From Eledone cirrhosa (lineage: Eukaryota): a DNA stretch of 64,000 nucleotides. A program made the position numbers and the translations under genes. Positions 58,284 through 64,000 of the stretch are shown one piece after another (position 1 is the first letter of the stretch; each line of letters starts with the position of its first letter). Where the stretch lies: positions 34,720,001 through 34,784,000 of the forward strand of contig OZ024744.1 in assembly GCA_964016885.1 (NCBI GenBank), in the 5' to 3' direction. The notes below the pieces were generated by a model. That model saw only the letters and a program-made list of their open reading frames with translations, was not told the DNA's origin and made no database searches.

Positions 58284-59683
58284 TTATATTTTTATATATA
58301 GGGTAGGGGACTGGCAGAATTGTTAAAGCATCAGGCAAAAGGCTTTGTGGTATTTAGTTATGTTTCATTACATTCTGAGTGCAAATCTTGCCTGGGGCAA
58401 CTTTTGCTTCTGGAGTTAAGATAAAGTATCAGTTAAGTACAAATTGCTATCCTTGTGTCTAAATTAAAACCTCCCTCCAAGGTTAACTTTGCCCTTCATC
58501 CTTACGGGGTCGATAAAATAAAGTACCAGTAATGCACTGGGGTAATTGCTAGCCTTGTGCCAAAAGTAGAAACAATTATTAATTTGGCCTTGTACCATAG
58601 GTAGAAACAATTATTATTTAGAAATCATTGCTATTTTTTACACATAAGTGAATTGTAACAACAACCTATACCTAACTCTTTTTCTTCTTTATCGTAGCCA
58701 ATATGTTGTATGTTATTCTTGTTTTCTCCTATTGCATATTTTTATTTCCTTTTCGGATAATGTTTTAGTTCAAAGGTAAATAGATACTTGTCAGATTGGT
58801 CATTGTATAGAAGAAGGTTTAACAACAGATAGACCATTGAGATTTTCTCTGTGAGCTTTGGACCATGTCACATGTTTATATGTAATATATAATATATATG
58901 TAATATATAATATAATGCACACAAAAAGAAGTTGCAGATCCCTAGCATATAATATGTATTTAATCCTTAATGTTCTGTATCACATTAGCAAAGCATTCTT
59001 GAAAAGTATAAAACAACACAGTTATTCAGTTACATAAAAAAATTAAAGTCTTTCCTTTAGTTTACTGCAACATTCCATGCTGATCTCTCCCAATTAGAAA
59101 AGATACTATAAACATTTGAATTAACAAATGCGTTTTTAAATATTTTCTGTTAAATTATTGCAAGATGTTAAGAGTTATTGCAATGTGTGTTACTGTAGGG
59201 GATATTTGCTATGAAATTTGAGGTTGATATTGAATCATAAAGGCCTTGTGTATACTGAGTAAACTTATGTTTTAGATTATGTGTCAAATTCTGAGCCCTA
59301 TTATCTCCTTCTTTCGAAGCCGAAGCGTTCCTTTTGCTTTTTCTAATGGCTAGAATATATGGAGTTTGCCACACCTGCAAACTTATTGAATTGATCGACA
59401 AGATTCCATGCTTCACTCAATTAGTGGGGTAGGGATCTTCAAATCGGACTGAGGAAACAATGTTTCCATTGGTCTTTCCAATTGCTAATATTATCTATCA
59501 GTCACAAATACTGGTAGAAAAAGCAATGTAAAATAAAGTGTCTTGCTCAAGGACAATTGAACTCGCAACCTCATGATTGTGAATCCAATTCTCTTACCAC
59601 TAACTCCTATTATAAGTTGTTTATATATCTATGTCAATATTCTTTTGTTTATCAGACTCAGTATACCCATTATTATTGGTATG

Positions 59684-59756
<73 letters not shown>

Positions 59757-59761
<5 letters not shown>

Positions 59762-60001
59762 ATACTTTGGGAGGGTCATGTTGCCAATAAGAAACACACG
59801 CACCAGTTGCTTTCACTTCAATTTATTATAATAAATTTATAATAAATTTATAAATTTATTATAAATTTATTATAATAAATTGAAGTGAAAGCAACCGGTG
59901 CGTGTGTTTCTTATTGGCAACATGACCCTCCCAAAGTATAACAATATCGGTTTCAACACACGATTTCAGATAAAGAATCTTGCTAAACAAATTCAGAAAC
60001 G

Positions 60002-60005
<4 letters not shown>
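59757..60005 (+). mobile_element. Penelope 3'-tail fragment with inverted duplication (palindrome 59757-59945) within (TA)n
   Basis: 59875-60005 matches 19290-19420. 59757-59830 is its reverse complement. Confidence 0.9.
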
Positions 60006-60070
<65 letters not shown>

Positions 60071-60202
60071 GTTTGCCACTCAGTGTGCTGTATTGAAGTG
60101 AATAACTATGTGTATACTCTGGGAATGTATCTTACATTGCCCATGGAGTACGCTGAGATACAACCGGTCCTGGCATTGATAAATATGCTGGGTTCGTCAA
60201 CT

Positions 60203-60252
<50 letters not shown>

Positions 60253-60857
60253 AATAGCATTGAATCTATGAGATTTTGAGGTTATTTATTTTGAGAACAA
60301 TACCTTAACATCAGTATGAGTGACCAGTTACAGCCGGTTTGAACAGAAAGAAGTGGGAGGATCCTGGCCGGATATGGCCAGTTTAAATACTAATAGATTA
60401 TAATTAAAACTTTATATAATTATTTAGAAAGCAAAAAAATGTTTGTATTATAGCTGAATTTATCAATTTCTATTAAAATTAATCTATTTAGATACAACCT
60501 CAATTTGATGAAAAGTTATATCGAAGGAAGATTGTAAAAAGAAAAAAATAATCAGAGAAAATAATGGAGGAAGATATTAACTTATTTAGTCATATAGTCT
60601 AGATTGTTTTAAAGAAAATAGAAAATCATTTAAAAATTAAATATAAAGGAATAGTACCTATCTTATATTATTTTATTGTTTTTTCTTATATATATATAAC
60701 ATTTAATTAAAAATTAAAATGTATTCAAGAATAAGTAGAGGTAAGAATTAAAACTATATATAATAGAATATCTATTAATTATGTAAACTATTTTAAAACT
60801 TAACTAAAGACTCTATGGAATGATTTTGAGAAATGGTGGAGGGGTGAACTAAATATC

Positions 60858-61640
60858 TCAGATTTTTTTATTAATAATTAATTTTATATTCTTAAGAATA
60901 TAAAAAATTTCAGTGGTACATAAGTTACAGCCTTTGAAATGGAAGAATTTATATAAGAGTTTTTGCCAAGAAAGAGAATATTTTATATCTTTATTTTTAA
61001 TTGACCAAATTAATTCAGATAAAACAGTACAAAATCTCTTATCCTCTCTCTTAAACGTGTAGCAGTGATTATACCATCTTTCCTTAAATTTTGAGGAAGT
61101 AGCACTTATATAATTATAAGACTTATCTTTTGTTTTGATAATGCATTGGTAAACTAGTTTATGGTCAAGACAGTTATTATTTAATGGGTAAGAGTAACTA
61201 CAATTGCAATTACCTCCAATGTTATTTAATGAGGCCACTCTGTTTTCATAGTTCGAGTTGTTGGTATAATTGTTGTTAATCGGGGAGTTTATTATACTAT
61301 TAGTGATTGGCTGATTATCATTAGAGGTTAATTCCATATGAATAATTCCGAGATTTTTATTATTAATTCTAGCTATATTTTGGGCAATATTCATACTGGT
61401 TGAGTATGAGAGTTTAATTGTATCCCTATTACAAATTCTACTATATTTATGCGTTTTGGGGAAGCATTTATCAAGAGCATTGAAGAATAGGTGGGCTAAA
61501 CTATTCCTCATTCCAAGCGATAGTGGTGGAGAATACCATAAAATAGAATGAGAGCAGATTCTTTTACTAGGTTTATTAGTTTTATAGGAGTTATATCTAT
61601 TATATGATTGATTTGGTGTTGATGCTATGGATATTGTCAT
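60858..61640 (-). mobile_element. Decayed Penelope-like linker + GIY-YIG remnant (related to 8894-9265)
   Basis: ILWYSPP, CFPKTHKYSRICNRDTIKLSYS, LNNNCLDHKLVYQC, YISATSSKFKERWYNH, CNLCTTE. Confidence 0.8.
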
Positions 61641-61777
61641 AAGATGTATGTGTATAAGTATTTTTATCTATATATTCAATTTTATCAACGTAACCTGCTC
61701 TATTTAATGCACCATTATAATATTTAGCTTATTATCTAAGATTTCCATATATATATATATATATGTGTGTGTGTGCG

Positions 61778-61808
<31 letters not shown>

Positions 61809-61811
61809 ATA

Positions 61812-62097
61812 TCAAGTAAGAATATTTTCGAAACAGAGAGCGAGTTTGAAATTATTAGAAATGTAAGCTATCGCCGTATTTTGACTAAAGAAATTAAAGA
61901 AATTATTTAGCCTGATAGTGGGGTTAAGAACCCCCGGAGAAATGGAAAAAGATGAGTATTGACGTACATGGGAATCGAACCCACATCTTTGGTTATCCAG
62001 ACCACTGTGCTACCATTACACCAACACATCACCCGTCTTTTACCATTCGAATTAGAAGCTATAATCTTAGCAACTGTAAATGTCAAGTAAGAATATT
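61812..62097. mobile_element. Single diverged monomer of the tRNA-containing unit with 15-bp terminal direct repeat, next to (TA)n
   Basis: tcaagtaagaatatt at 61812-61826 and 62083-62097. Body homologous to 28261-28550 but with a different start point. Confidence 0.8.
61960..62030 (-). pseudogene. tRNA-like cloverleaf (GGA at the anticodon position, atypical)
   Basis: GAUGUGU UG GUGU AAUGGUA GCAC A GUGGU CUGGAUA ACCAA AGAU GUGGG UUCGAUU CCCAU GUACGUC A. Several G.U pairs, U37 and a short variable loop argue against a functional tRNA-Ser. Confidence 0.7.
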
Positions 62098-62339
62098 CTT
62101 GACATTCAGGAAAGGTGTAAATATTGGCATGAAAAATTAACCCTCAGTTTCCAAGAGAAGTATTTTGTGCAATGTTTACTTTACACTAAGTTACAGACAT
62201 TGCCTTGTCACTTTCACTGTGAACCATTAATTATTTGATTACTGGAAACCTGTAAACACAGGTGGTGTTATTTACCTGTTGTGATTATGTATATAATATG
62301 ACAGACAGGTCAAAAGAAAACATAATCCTCTTCATTTTT

Positions 62340-64000
62340 GTCATTGTCATCATCACCATCATCATCGTGAACATTAACATCATTAGCATCATCGCCAACA
62401 TTATTATCATCATCAATATCATCATCATTATCACCAACATCATCACCATCATCATCATTGCAATCATCATCATCATCGCCAGCAAAACCATTACCACTAT
62501 CATATTTCAGGATCATCATCACACCAAAATCAGTACTACCACCGTCACCATCATCATCACTATCACCATCATCATCACTATCACCATCATCATCACTATC
62601 ACCATCATCATCACTATCACCATCATCATCACTATCACCATCATCATCATTGTCACCATCATCATCACTATCACCGTCATCATCATTGTCACCATCATCA
62701 TCACTATCACCATCATCATCATTGTCACCATCATCATCACTATCACCATCATCATCACTATCACCGTCATCATCACTATCACCATCATCATCACTATCAC
62801 CATCATCATCATTGTCACCATCATCATCACTATCACCGTCATCATCATTGTCACCATCATCATCACTATCACCATCATCATCACTATCACCGTCATCATC
62901 ACTATCACCGTCATCATCATTGTCACCATCATCATCACTATCACCATCATCATCACTATCACCATCATCATCACTATCACCGTCATCATCATTGTCACCA
63001 TCATCATCACTATCACCGTCATCATCACTATCACCATCATCATCATTGTCACCATCATCATCATTGTCACCATCATCATCACTATCACCATCATCATCAC
63101 TATCACCGTCATCATCACTATCACCATCATCATCATTGTCACCATCATCATCACTATCACCATCATCATCATTGTCACCATCATCATCACTATCACCGTC
63201 ATCATCATTGTCACCATCATCATCACTATCACCATCATCATCATTGTCACCATCATCATCACTATCACCATCATCATCACTATCACCATCATCATCACTA
63301 TCACCGTCATCATCATTGTCACCATCATCATCACTATCACCATCATCATCATTGTCACCATCATCATCACTATCACCGTCATCATCATTGTCACCATCAT
63401 CATCACTATCACCATCATCATCATTGTCACCATCATCATCACTATCACCATCATCATCATTGTCACCATCATCATCACTATCACCATCATCATCACTATC
63501 ACCATCATCATCACTATCACCGTCATCATCATTGTCACCATCATCATCACTATCACCATCATCATCACTATCACCGTCATCATCATTGTCACCATCATCA
63601 TCACTATCACCATCATCATCATTGTCACCATCATCATCACTATCACCATCATCATCATTGTCACCATCATCATCACTATCACCATCATCATCACTATCAC
63701 CATCATCATCACTATCACCGTCATCATCATTGTCACCATCATCATCACTATCACCATCATCATCATTGTCACCATCATCATCATTGTCACCATCATCATC
63801 ACTATCACCATCATCATCACTATCACCGTCATCATCATTGTCACCATCATCATCACTATCACCGTCATCATCATTGTCACCATCATCATCACTATCACCA
63901 TCATCATCATTGTCACCATCATCATCACTATCACCATCATCATCATTGTCACCATCATCATCACTATCACCATCATCATCACTATCACCATCATCATCAC
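62340..64000. repeat. (CAT/CAC)-based microsatellite grading into an 18/21-bp minisatellite
   Basis: Units catcatcatcactatcac and catcatcatcattgtcac repeat to the window end. Confidence 0.97.

Noticed and set aside
60061-60110. Second TRPC exon after tgcag|tttgcc
   Set aside because: Translates FATQCAVLK*, not the conserved FVAHPxCQ, and has no polypyrimidine tract.
61960-62030. Functional tRNA-Ser(GGA)
   Set aside because: No long variable arm, pyrimidine at 37, many G.U pairs, and embedded in a dispersed repeat.
62519-64000. Met/Val-rich 493-aa ORF and other microsatellite ORFs ([12 protein letters not shown], poly-V)
   Set aside because: Translations of simple repeats.

Overview
Eukaryotic, AT- and microsatellite-rich animal DNA. 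The repeat landscape looks like an octopus-type cephalopod genome, which is an inference only. The single supported host coding feature is a 927-nt N-terminal exon of a TRPC-family cation channel (32452-33378, +). No further exon is recognisable, so most of the right half is probably one >30 kb intron. Everything else is transposable-element derived: decayed RTE, R4/Dong, CRE, Tx1 and CR1 LINEs, Penelope-like elements (PLEs), tRNA-derived SINEs, MITEs and micro/minisatellites. The most unusual signal is a set of PLE-associated, mostly non-coding elements sitting in (TA)n tracts. They carry minimal type I hammerhead ribozyme motifs (8 copies, 4 sequence families) and repeatedly form long palindromes. 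Also present are a ~270-290 bp permuted/tandem unit with an internal tRNA-like cassette, a PLE with a twin-priming-type inversion, and non-autonomous RTE derivatives with a structured 5' leader inserted in (ATGT)n. All structures were folded by eye, no ribozyme activity is demonstrated, and TE boundaries are approximate.
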